This document shows positions 9,571 to 18,755 of a stretch of 48,098 bases of DNA, piece after piece. A model generated the notes under the pieces. That model was not told the DNA's origin, made no database searches, and saw nothing but the letters and a program-made list of their open reading frames with translations. Made by a program: the position numbers and the translations under genes. This DNA comes from Alphaproteobacteria bacterium (GTDB lineage Bacteria > Pseudomonadota > Alphaproteobacteria > UBA6615): contig CBDHEC010000059.1 in the NCBI GenBank assembly GCA_965261975.1, forward strand, positions 1-48,098, written 5' to 3'. Every line of letters starts with the position of its first letter. The stretch's first letter is position 1.

Positions 9571-11295
9571 CTACTTGGATTTCCGGTTCTTCGGGATCAC
9601 CGGCATCAGCAGATAGGATTTGTGCTTCGGCCCGGTGTGGATCGTCGTCTTCCCGCCGAAGATTTCCTTCGGGCGGTCAAGCGGATGATCGTGCAGGAAC
9701 ACACCCGAGCCGCGCGACGGCACATAGGCGTCGACCGCCGGTCCCGGCCGGTCGAAATCCTGGCCCGCGATGTTGATCGAGATCTGGAACCCCTTGGGCA
9801 GGACGATGCACTGGGGCCAGATTTCCACATCGACCTCATAAACCTGTCCCGGCGTGAGTTTCTGCTTGTCGTCATGGGTGTGGTAGGGCCGCCAGGGTTC
9901 GGATTTCTCCTCGTCCAACTTGCGGTGAGACACGCGCAGCCAGCCCTGACCCAGCGGGGTCTTGGGATCGACCGTGCCCTGGAAATGGACCTCGCGGCCC
10001 TTGTCCGACCAGCCCTGGACCGTGACGAACAGATCGCAATCCTCCGTGGACGAAGACACGAACAGCTTCGCGGCCATGGGGCCCGTGAACTCGGTCTCGC
10101 GGGCCAGCGGCGTGGACTTCCAGGTGATGCCGCGGGTCAGCGCCCGGAATTCCTTCTTCCGGTTGGCCTTGGGGACCTTGGTGTCCATCTTCCCCTTGCC
10201 GCCGGCATCGAGATAGTACTTGGTCCACTTGGTGCCCTTGAGCGGCCAGGAGCTTTCCTTGCGCAGCTCGACATCGTCGGTGAACGGCCGGCGCAGGTTG
10301 AGCCAGACCTTGGGTTCACGGTTCCAGCCGTTCTTCTCGCCCTTCAGGTAATAGTCGAAGAAGCGTTTCTGCAGCTCCATGCCGTATTCGAGATAGAACC
10401 ATTCCTCGTGGCGTCCGGGATGGCCTTCGAGCCATTTCTGGCGCGATGCGGCCTGGGTGAAGGCCTCGAAGTTGCCGCGCGGATGCAGGCCGAACCCGGC
10501 CCAGCTCGCCGCACTCAGGAACGGCACCTTGACCTTCGACCAGTCGGGTGAACGCGAGCGGTACCAGTCGTCGTCCATCTCGCGGACCCGGAAGTTCTCC
10601 AGCGTGTCGGCCCGGTTGGCCTTGAGTTCGTTTTGAGACAGCCGGGCGGGACCCGTGGCGCTTTCGCCCATCCAGCGGTCGCGTGGGCCCTTGGGGTTGC
10701 CGTGCTGGACCGCCTCGACCTGGCGCGGATACCAGATTTCCATGAACACATTGGACAGGATGCCGCCGTGGCGGGCCCAGTCGCGATAGTGATCGGCTGC
10801 ACCCTCCCAGGGGATCATTGCCGTCAGATGCTTGGGCTGCAGGGCAGCGACCTGCCACTGGTTGATGGCGTAGTAGGACACGCCGTTGAGGCCAACATTG
10901 CCGTTCGACCATTTCTGTTCACCCGCCCAGTTGATCGCATTGGCGAAATCCTGGGTCTCGCGCGGCGAGAAGATATCGAGGTAGCCCGGCGAACGCCCCG
11001 CGCCGCGGGAATCGAGGCGGACACAGGCATAGCCCCAGGGCACCCAGATTTCCGGATCGACGGTCTCCCAGGTCAGCCAGCGATGCTTGGAGCCCGGCAG
11101 GATGTCCGGGTGCATGGCGAGGAGCGATTCCCAGAGCGGCTTGTAATGTTCCTGATACTTCACGCCCTTGCCGTAGGGGCCGCCGGCCATCACGACCGGC
11201 ACCTTCTTCTTGGTATCGGGCCGGTAGACGTCCACCCGCAGCACCTGGCCGTCATCCATGGTGACCGGCACATCGCGTTCGATGATCATGTTCAT
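9571..11295 (-). CDS. CocE/NonD family serine hydrolase
   Basis: ERDVPVTMDDG, DSRGAGRSPG, G-V-S-Y nucleophile, C-terminal jelly-roll region GWLRVSHR. Start placed at ATG 11295 after RBS GGAGG. Confidence 0.9.
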   Translation of the reverse strand: MNMIIERDVPVTMDDGQVLRVDVYRPDTKKKVPVVMAGGPYGKGVKYQEHYKPLWESLLAMHPDILPGSKHRWLTWETVDPEIWVPWGYACVRLDSRGAGRSPGYLDIFSPRETQDFANAINWAGEQKWSNGNVGLNGVSYYAINQWQVAALQPKHLTAMIPWEGAADHYRDWARHGGILSNVFMEIWYPRQVEAVQHGNPKGPRDRWMGESATGPARLSQNELKANRADTLENFRVREMDDDWYRSRSPDWSKVKVPFLSAASWAGFGLHPRGNFEAFTQAASRQKWLEGHPGRHEEWFYLEYGMELQKRFFDYYLKGEKNGWNREPKVWLNLRRPFTDDVELRKESSWPLKGTKWTKYYLDAGGKGKMDTKVPKANRKKEFRALTRGITWKSTPLARETEFTGPMAAKLFVSSSTEDCDLFVTVQGWSDKGREVHFQGTVDPKTPLGQGWLRVSHRKLDEEKSEPWRPYHTHDDKQKLTPGQVYEVDVEIWPQCIVLPKGFQISINIAGQDFDRPGPAVDAYVPSRGSGVFLHDHPLDRPKEIFGGKTTIHTGPKHKSYLLMPVIPKNRKSK

Positions 11296-11422
11296 GTTCT
11301 TTCCTCCCGTTTTCGTTGGCCGGCATTCTTGATGGATGCCGGTTCCCACGCTTCCCGGGCCGTAAGCGAAAGGCCGCATCGCGAAGGGCGTTGGGACAAG
11401 TGAACCACGAATTTGATTATCG

Positions 11423-11436
11423 GAAAAATATTTTTC
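11423..11436. promoter_or_regulatory. Perfect 14-bp AT-rich palindrome in a divergent promoter (candidate operator)
   Basis: GAAAAATATTTTTC lies between the divergent CocE and decarboxylase starts. Confidence 0.35.
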
Positions 11437-11519
11437 TTCGCCCCGCACCTTTGCCTATGCGTCCATTGAGCCGCTACCATCCGTCCTCAAGACTAAGAAT
11501 GTCAGCGGGGGAGAGACAC

Positions 11520-12485
11520 ATGGCGACGTCGAATGGCGAACAGGTCATCGCGATTGAAGAGCATTACTGGGATCCCGGTCTGACCCCGCTTGTCGCCGCG
11601 GAGGACCGGGGAGCTTCCGGTGCCATGTTGGCCAAGCTCGAGGACCTGTTCGATGCGCGGATCGCCGAGATGGATGCCTCGGGCGTGGATATCCAGGTTC
11701 TTTCCCATGGCGCACCCTCGACCCAGCGGCTCGAGCCGGCCACGGCGGCCGAGGTGACCCGTGCCACCAACGACCGGCTCCGCGATATCGTCGCCCAGCG
11801 GCCGGACCGGTTTGCGGCCTTTGCGAACCTGCCCACGCCCGACCCGGCGGCCTGCGCCGACGAGCTGTCGCGCTGCGTCAACGAGCTCGGCTTCAAGGGC
11901 GCGATGATCCATGGCCTGACCCATGGCGTATTCTTCGATGACGAGCGCTTCTGGCCGGTTTACGAGCGGGCCGAGGCCCTCGACGTGCCGCTGTACATGC
12001 ACCCCGCCGTGCCGAACAAGACCGTCGTCGACACCTATTACGAGCCCTATGTGAAAGACTTCCCGGCGCTGCTGAACGCCGGCTGGGGCTTCACCGTCGA
12101 GACCGCGACCCAGGGCATTCGGATCGTGCTGAGCGGCGTGCTGGAGAAGTATCCCGGCTGCAACATCATTCTCGGCCATCTGGGCGAAGGGTTGCCGTTC
12201 CTGCTCTGGCGGATCGATCATGCCCTGTCCCGGCCGGGCAACAAGTCGCTTTCGTTTCGCGAGGTCTTCAGCCGCAACTTCCACATCACGACCAGCGGCA
12301 ACTTCTCCGATCCGGCGCTGATGTGTTCGATCGCCGAGATGGGCGCCGACCGCATCCTGTTCTCGGTCGACTATCCGTTTGTTCCGAATGCGCCGGGGAT
12401 GGACTGGATCGAGCGGGTGCATCTCAACGCCGAGGACAAGGCCAAGATCCTCAACGGCAATGCCCGGCGCCTGCTCAAACTCTAG
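11520..12485 (+). CDS. Amidohydrolase-2 family non-oxidative decarboxylase (2,3-dihydroxybenzoate decarboxylase/LigW/ACMSD-like)
   Basis: IAIEEHY, YMHP, ILGHLGEGLP, ITTSGNF and LFSVDYPF motifs. Confidence 0.85.
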   Translation: MATSNGEQVIAIEEHYWDPGLTPLVAAEDRGASGAMLAKLEDLFDARIAEMDASGVDIQVLSHGAPSTQRLEPATAAEVTRATNDRLRDIVAQRPDRFAAFANLPTPDPAACADELSRCVNELGFKGAMIHGLTHGVFFDDERFWPVYERAEALDVPLYMHPAVPNKTVVDTYYEPYVKDFPALLNAGWGFTVETATQGIRIVLSGVLEKYPGCNIILGHLGEGLPFLLWRIDHALSRPGNKSLSFREVFSRNFHITTSGNFSDPALMCSIAEMGADRILFSVDYPFVPNAPGMDWIERVHLNAEDKAKILNGNARRLLKL

Positions 12486-12510
12486 ACCCAGCCGATACCC
12501 AGAGAGACCC

Positions 12511-13716
12511 ATGCCTCATAACCCTGCCGCGTCCGTCCTCGACCATGTGAAGGTCCTCGACCTGACCCGTGTCCGCTCCGGCCCGACCTGTGTACGCCAG
12601 CTCGCCGACTGGGGTGCCGACGTGGTCAAGGTCGAGATGCCCCCCGCCGTCGAGGGCGGGGCCGCCCTTGGCGGTTCGCGCCATGGATCGGATTTCCAGA
12701 ACCTCCATCGCAACAAGCGCTCCCTCACGCTCGACCTCAAGGCCGACGCGGGGAAGGAAGTTTTTCTCAAGCTGGTCGCGGAGGCCGATGTGGTGGTCGA
12801 GAATTACCGGCCCGACGTGAAGAACCGGCTGGGCATCGATTATGACTCGCTCGCGGCGATCAACCCGCGGATCATTCTCGCCAGCATCTCGGGTTTCGGC
12901 CAGGACGGGCCTTATGCAAAACGGCCCGGCTTCGACCAGATCGCCCAGGGCATGGGCGGACTGATGTCGATCACGGGCGCGCCGGGCGCGGGCCCGATGC
13001 GGGTGGGTATCCCGATTGCCGACCTGACGGCGGGGCTTTTCGCCGCCCAGGGTGTCCTGCTGGCGCTGTTGGAACGGGAGAAATCGGGCAAGGGCCAATG
13101 GCTGCAGACCTCGCTGCTCGAAGCCCAGATCTTCATGCTCGATTTCCAGTCGGCGCGTTGGCTGGTCGACGAAGATATTCCCGGGCAGGCGGGCAACAAC
13201 CACCCCACCAGCATCCCGACCGGCGTGTTCGCCACGGCGGACGGGCATATCAACATTGCCGTTGCCGGCCAGGAAATCTGGGGCCGTTTCTGCCGTATCC
13301 TGGGTCACGAGGAATGGATGACGGACCCGGAGTTCGAGGATGCACCCGCGCGTTCGGACAATCGCGACCGGTTGAATGGGCTGATCGGCGACGCCATCGC
13401 GACGAAGACGTCCGGCGAATGGGTCGAAGAGTTCAACGCCGCCGGCGTGCCCTGCGGCCCGATCAACGATATCGCGCAGGTCTTCGATGATCCCCAGGTT
13501 CAGCATCTGGGGATTGCGCAACCGCTCACATCACCCGCGCTGGGGGGGATGCGCTTCTCGCGCCAGCCGGTGTCGCTGTCGCGGACACCGAGTTCGTTCG
13601 CCGTGGCCCCGCCGGAAGTTGGTGAACACACCGCCGAGGTCCTGCGTGATCTCGGCTATGACGCAGATGAGATCGCCGCACTGGTGGGCGCCGGCGTCGT
13701 TTCTGTGGAAGGATGA
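12511..13716 (+). CDS. CaiB/BaiF (family III) CoA-transferase
   Basis: VLDLTRVRSGP, HRNKRSLTLDLK, VENYRP, SISGFGQDGP and FDQIAQGMGGLM motifs. Confidence 0.92.
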   Translation: MPHNPAASVLDHVKVLDLTRVRSGPTCVRQLADWGADVVKVEMPPAVEGGAALGGSRHGSDFQNLHRNKRSLTLDLKADAGKEVFLKLVAEADVVVENYRPDVKNRLGIDYDSLAAINPRIILASISGFGQDGPYAKRPGFDQIAQGMGGLMSITGAPGAGPMRVGIPIADLTAGLFAAQGVLLALLEREKSGKGQWLQTSLLEAQIFMLDFQSARWLVDEDIPGQAGNNHPTSIPTGVFATADGHINIAVAGQEIWGRFCRILGHEEWMTDPEFEDAPARSDNRDRLNGLIGDAIATKTSGEWVEEFNAAGVPCGPINDIAQVFDDPQVQHLGIAQPLTSPALGGMRFSRQPVSLSRTPSSFAVAPPEVGEHTAEVLRDLGYDADEIAALVGAGVVSVEG

Positions 13717-14267
13717 GTGGCATGACCGATCAGATCAAACCGATACTCTCCCATGCAGGCATGTGGGTACGCGACATGGCGAAAATGGAATCCTTCTATA
13801 CCCGGGTGCTCGGTTTCACCGTGACCGACCGAGGATTTGTCGAACGCTACAACGGGCACATCACGTTCATGTCCAACGACCCCTCGATGCATCACCAGGT
13901 GATCATCGCCGAGGGGCGGCCCGCCGATGTCCCGAGCACGATCAACCAGCTGTCCTTCACGGTGAATTCACTTTCCGAGTTACGCGTGATGTACCGCCGG
14001 GTGGTGGAAGAGGGGGTCGAGAATCTGCTGCCGCGCAATCACGGCAATGCCTGGTCGGTTTATTTCGACGACCCCGAGGGCAATAACCTGGAGGTCTACC
14101 TGGACTCGCCCTTCCATGTGCCCCAGCCCTTCGGCGAGTATCTCGACTTCGACATGTCAGACGACGAGATCGTCAAGCTGACCGAAGAAATGTGCCAGGC
14201 GACCGAGGGGTATCGGCCGCGCGGTGAATGGTCGGCCGACCTCGCAGACGCGATGACGAAAGACTAG
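13713..14267 (+). CDS. VOC (glyoxalase/extradiol dioxygenase-like) family protein
   Basis: LSHAGMWVRD, HHQV, HGNAWSVYFDDPEGNNLEVY motifs. Overlaps the upstream stop (ATGA). Alternative start at 13722. Confidence 0.85.
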   Translation: MSGMTDQIKPILSHAGMWVRDMAKMESFYTRVLGFTVTDRGFVERYNGHITFMSNDPSMHHQVIIAEGRPADVPSTINQLSFTVNSLSELRVMYRRVVEEGVENLLPRNHGNAWSVYFDDPEGNNLEVYLDSPFHVPQPFGEYLDFDMSDDEIVKLTEEMCQATEGYRPRGEWSADLADAMTKD

Positions 14268-15070
14268 GCGTTCGGGGTGACGTCGAGGCGCACGGCGATT
14301 CCCTCCAGCCGCGGGTCGGGCGCGGGGTAGCGTTCCAGCACCAGCGGGTCATGCCCGGGCACGATATGGCCCGGGGTCTCCGCCTGGGCTTCCAGCGCAT
14401 CGAAGCCGCGAACCATGTCGGCAAGGTTGTAGATCACCGGGAAGGGCATGCGCCGTTCCAGATTCTCATAGAAATGCGTGACGTCCGACGCCACCACGAC
14501 CCAGCCGCGTTTGGTGAGCACCCGCACGAACTGCAGGCCCATGGAATGGCCGCCGGTCAGATGCACGGTGATGCCCGGCGCGATCTCGGCGTCACCGTCG
14601 CTGAACGACACCCGGCCTTCGAAGACATTACGCACCATGTCCGCCACATGATCGGGCGTGAACGACGCGTTCACCACATGGCTGCACATGTGCGGGCCCG
14701 TGGCGAACTGCATTTCCTTTTCCTGCAGGTGGAACCTGGCCGCCGGGAACTGGGCGTGCCCGCCGATATGATCGTAATGCAGGTGGGTGACGATCACGTC
14801 GGAGACGGTTTGGGCCTCGACGCCGATGGTCGCCAGCCCGTCGGTGACGCTGCGGATCAGGCTGCGCCCGCGGTTTTTCGCCTCCGCATCGTCGAAGCCG
14901 GTGTCGATGACGATGGTCTGGTCGTCGGACACCGCGGCCCAGACGTAATAGTCGATGGGCATGGGGCCGTCGTCATGGGGGTCCAGCTTCACGAAGCTCT
15001 CGCGGCGCATGCGTTCGGCCAGCGTGCCGTATTTGACGGCATACAATTCCCAGGTCTTCGGTGATGTCAT
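14264..15070 (-). CDS. Metallo-beta-lactamase-fold lactonase (AHL-lactonase/4-pyridoxolactonase-like)
   Basis: IDTG, THLHYDH (HxHxDH), GGHSMGLQ, ASD and PGHDP motifs. Confidence 0.88.
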   Translation of the reverse strand: MTSPKTWELYAVKYGTLAERMRRESFVKLDPHDDGPMPIDYYVWAAVSDDQTIVIDTGFDDAEAKNRGRSLIRSVTDGLATIGVEAQTVSDVIVTHLHYDHIGGHAQFPAARFHLQEKEMQFATGPHMCSHVVNASFTPDHVADMVRNVFEGRVSFSDGDAEIAPGITVHLTGGHSMGLQFVRVLTKRGWVVVASDVTHFYENLERRMPFPVIYNLADMVRGFDALEAQAETPGHIVPGHDPLVLERYPAPDPRLEGIAVRLDVTPNA

Positions 15071-15145
15071 TCTTCCCTCCCCAATCGGCCGCTTCGCTAT
15101 AATGCCCCGTGAAGGCTGGCGTACGACCGGCCACAGGCGGGGACG

Positions 15146-16030
15146 ATGAGCATGCCGGACACATCTTACGGGTTTATCGGGCTGGGCAACATGGGCGCGC
15201 CCATGTGCGCCAACCTGTGTGCGGCGGGCTATGCCCCCGCGGTGTTCGATGCGGCGGGCACGGCAGAACGTGCCCCCACTGGCGCGGCGGTCGCCGACAG
15301 CGTGGCAGCCGTGGCGCAGCAGGGCACGCTGTTCCTGAGCCTGCCCGACGGGAAGGTCGTCGCGTCGGTCTGCGACGAGATCCTGAACGCACCCGACCGC
15401 CGCGTCTCAACGGTCGTGGACTTCTCGACCACCGGGCCCCAGGCCGCCGGCGAGATCGGCGCGGCTCTGGCCGCAGGCGGGGTCACCTTCGTGGACGCGC
15501 CGGTCAGCGGCGGCAAGGCCGGTGCCATCGCCGGGACGGTGACCGTCATTGCCTCCGGACCGGAAGACGCCGTGGCGTCGCTGGCGGGCCCGTTCGACGC
15601 GGTGGGCGGGAACACCTTCCATGTGGGCCAGAACCCCGGCCAGGGCCAGGCGGTGAAGCTGCTCAACAACTTCCTGTCGGCCACGGCCATGGCGGCCACC
15701 AGCGAGGCGGTCCAGTTCGGCCTCGGCCACGGGGTGGCGATGGAGACCATCCTCGACGTGGTCAACGTCTCGACCGGCCGCAACACGGCCTCGGCGGACA
15801 AGTTCCCGAACCGGGTGGCCACCGAGACCTTCGATGCGGGCTTCGCCATGGCGCTGATGACCAAGGACGTGGCGCTCTACTTCGACGAGGTCAGCAAGTC
15901 GGGCACGGCCGACAGGGTGGGCGCGACGATGACGGGACTCTGGAACGCCGCCAACGGGGCGATGCCCGGCGCCGACTTCACGGAAATCTATAAATATCTG
16001 CGCGATGGTTCCGACGGAGAGACGACATGA
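15146..16030 (+). CDS. Beta-hydroxyacid dehydrogenase (3-hydroxyisobutyrate DH/tartronate semialdehyde reductase family)
   Basis: GFIGLGNMG, DAPVSGG, KLLNN and KD motifs. Confidence 0.88.
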   Translation: MSMPDTSYGFIGLGNMGAPMCANLCAAGYAPAVFDAAGTAERAPTGAAVADSVAAVAQQGTLFLSLPDGKVVASVCDEILNAPDRRVSTVVDFSTTGPQAAGEIGAALAAGGVTFVDAPVSGGKAGAIAGTVTVIASGPEDAVASLAGPFDAVGGNTFHVGQNPGQGQAVKLLNNFLSATAMAATSEAVQFGLGHGVAMETILDVVNVSTGRNTASADKFPNRVATETFDAGFAMALMTKDVALYFDEVSKSGTADRVGATMTGLWNAANGAMPGADFTEIYKYLRDGSDGETT

Positions 16031-16785
16031 GTAACGATCCACGGCCGGTCGCCCTGGTGACGGGTGCGTCCTATGGGCTGGGCGCGGCCATCGCGGCGAA
16101 GCTGGCGGGCGACGGCTTCGACGTGGCGGTCACCGAACTCGACCCGGCGGCCCTGTCCGACACGCAGGCCGCGATCAACGCCGCAGGCGGGCAGTCCCTG
16201 GGTGTCGCACTCGATCTGAAGTCGGACGAGAGCATCGCCGCGGCCGTCGCCGGTGTTCTGGAGAAATTCGGACGCATCGACCTGCTGGTGAACAACGCGG
16301 CCATGCTGCTGGCGAAGCCGGCGCTGGACGTGGCGGCCGACGAGTTCGAGGCGGTGATGCGCATCAACGTCACGGGCACCTACATGATGACCCAGGCGGT
16401 GGCGCGCCACCTGATCGAGGCGGGGCGGCCCGGCCAGATCATCAACATCGCGTCGACCTTCACCACCGTCGGCGCGGTGAACGTCTCGCCCTACGGCATC
16501 TCCAAGGCGGCGATCGGCGGACTGGTCCGGCACCTGGCCGCGGAGTGGGCGCCCCACGACATCCGCGTGAACGCCGTGGCCCCGGGCACGTCGATGACCA
16601 AGCTGCGGGCCGAAATCTTCGACAACGACCAGGCGCGCCGCGACGCGGGGCTGTCGAAGATCCCGCTCGGCCGCTTCACCGAACCGGAAGACATCGCGGG
16701 TGCGGTCTCCTATCTGGCAAGCCCTGCCGCGTCTTATGTGACGGGGCACGTGCTGGCGGTCGATGGCGGGATGACGGTGACGTGA
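16027..16785 (+). CDS. Short-chain dehydrogenase/reductase
   Basis: TGASYGLG, NNA, YGISK (YxxxK), VNAVAPG and VDGG motifs. Confidence 0.92.
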   Translation: MSNDPRPVALVTGASYGLGAAIAAKLAGDGFDVAVTELDPAALSDTQAAINAAGGQSLGVALDLKSDESIAAAVAGVLEKFGRIDLLVNNAAMLLAKPALDVAADEFEAVMRINVTGTYMMTQAVARHLIEAGRPGQIINIASTFTTVGAVNVSPYGISKAAIGGLVRHLAAEWAPHDIRVNAVAPGTSMTKLRAEIFDNDQARRDAGLSKIPLGRFTEPEDIAGAVSYLASPAASYVTGHVLAVDGGMTVT

Positions 16786-16789
16786 GGGT

Positions 16790-18742
16790 AGGCGCTTGCT
16801 AAGCCATGCTGAGATCGAATCCTGTAGTTCTGAGATTTTTTGCTTTGGGTGAACCAGCCCAGATTAGCGGCGCAGCTCATTCGTCTTCCTTTCGTCAATT
16901 CGACCCAACCGTGAATCTAGCCGATACTGATCTCTGACATTTCCATAGGAGATCTGCGTGAATCGTGACTGGTTTGAGATGAACGCTATCCGTCGACGGC
17001 GCGTTGAGAACGCCGTCTGGGTGCCGCTTCGGCAATCGGAAAGCACGAAAAAGGGTGAACACGGGTTCGAAGGCTATCAAGAGGAGTTCTCTGGTGCCGG
17101 AAGTGTCATGGTGCCCACAAACCTCCGAGATGAAGGACGAAATTTAGGTTGGGGCGATATCGGCCTAATACACAACCAAGGCCCTTGGGCGTCCGAAGAA
17201 AACTATAAACCAACTGATATCTACCAAGTTCGGACTGGCGAGGACTTGGGAGTCGAGCTTGCGCTCGTCCAGAGTTTCGATGGAGCTGCGCCTGCGATTT
17301 GGCATTTGAATCAGGACCTGGTCTTCGCGCTGTCTCTTCTGCGGGAAGGTGATTCATGGGTGCGACCGGACGAGGACTTTCTGGAGGTAGCACGCCTCAA
17401 ACGCAACGAAGATGGACGACCAGTCCTTCTCGAAATTAGGGCCGAGCACCTGAGAGATTACTTAGCTGCTCGCAGAATGGCTTTGCGGATAGCACGCTTT
17501 CAAAGTCGCGAATGTATTGTCTCGTCAATCGAGGATCTCGGCTGGGAAGAAGGCGCTCATACGGAAAACGATGATGCTGCAGAGACACGTTTCGAAATTC
17601 ATATAACGAAAATACATGAGGGTGGAGAACCGTTCGGGGCGAAGACGGCCGTTTTCCATGCTGCGCGGAACGACGTTGATCCTGAAGAAGATGTGCCAAT
17701 TATGGGACCAGAAAAAGCTGGCAACGTTGATCACGCTTCTTAGGAAGTAGAAAGCGAGGGCAGTCCACTTTTCCGTGTTCAAAGCGAGTTTTGGGTTAAC
17801 GAGTGGATCGAACCGGCGGCCCACAGTCCAAGGGTGCGATGGGATGAAGTGCCATCGTCTTGCGATTTCATTGTTGACCCTTCGGGCGAACGCATGAACG
17901 CTGACGATCTCAAAAATGAAGATATAGGACGTTGGCTATGGTTTCGTAGTGAAGTGTTTGAAGCGGCGATGGCTCGGAGAGGTGCGACCTTTCAATGGTA
18001 TACACGGGATACTGGCGGCATTTTTCCGATACCGGGTTATTCGATCCATTTTGGAATCAACGAATCGCGCCTTCTGACGGTTTACGCATACGACATCGCC
18101 AGACTCCCTGAATGGCAGCGGAGATTCTGGTTGGGCTTTAACGTCACCCCAGAAGGCAAAGTAAGCCGCGAACTTTTAGATTCTCAGGTTCGAGCTGAGC
18201 CTGCAAAAACAAAGGCACCAGAAGCCTTTTTCGCTGCCGCGATGGAAAACCTGGACACTGCAGCTGAGGCTCGATGGGGGGAGAGGATTTTTCGTGGGCA
18301 CGGGGAAGTCGAACAACTATCGAAGACCGTGAACAGGTTCCGAGCCCACGACCAATCCGGACTTTATAGCTTGGCGAAGGACATATCCCGATTGGTCATA
18401 GACCGCATTAACGTGGATTTGTTGCATAAGGTGGTGTCGCCTAACGGAGGCGATAAACTAGCCTCGCTGAAGTCATTAGAACGCGTTCTTGCAAGTCTTT
18501 GTGGGGATGCCGACCAAGCTAGGTCGGCATTAACTTCGTTGGTTGGGGTGTACGAGTTACGTCTCGCGGACGCACATCTTCCGTCGTCAAAAATTGGCGA
18601 TGCGATGCGGCTGGTTCCCGTCGATGAAGAGAGTCACCCGATGGACCAAGGCTTCCAACTCATTGAAGCTACTGTTCTTGCGTTGCAGAACATTCGAATG
18701 ATGATCGAGAGACCTGCGGCTTCGAACACCTGAGCCAGGCGC
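16790..18742. mobile_element. Small lower-GC, probably horizontally acquired single-gene insertion
   Basis: Abrupt shift to AT-richer sequence and A/T-ending codons between two very GC3-rich convergent genes. Bounded by AGGCGC at 16790-16795 and 18737-18742. No mobility gene present. Confidence 0.5.
16958..18733 (+). pseudogene. Uncharacterised ~590-aa protein with a C-terminal RX4H (HEPN-like) motif, interrupted by one in-frame TAG (17741-17743)
   Basis: ORFs 16958-17743 and 17834-18733 share a frame and the linker is open (*EVESEGSPLFRVQSEFWVNEWIEPAAHSPRV). RBS AGGAGA precedes GTG. RLADAH is at 18560-18577. Could be a true pseudogene, a base-call error or readthrough. Confidence 0.7.
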
Positions 18743-18755
18743 ACGCAAACCACCC

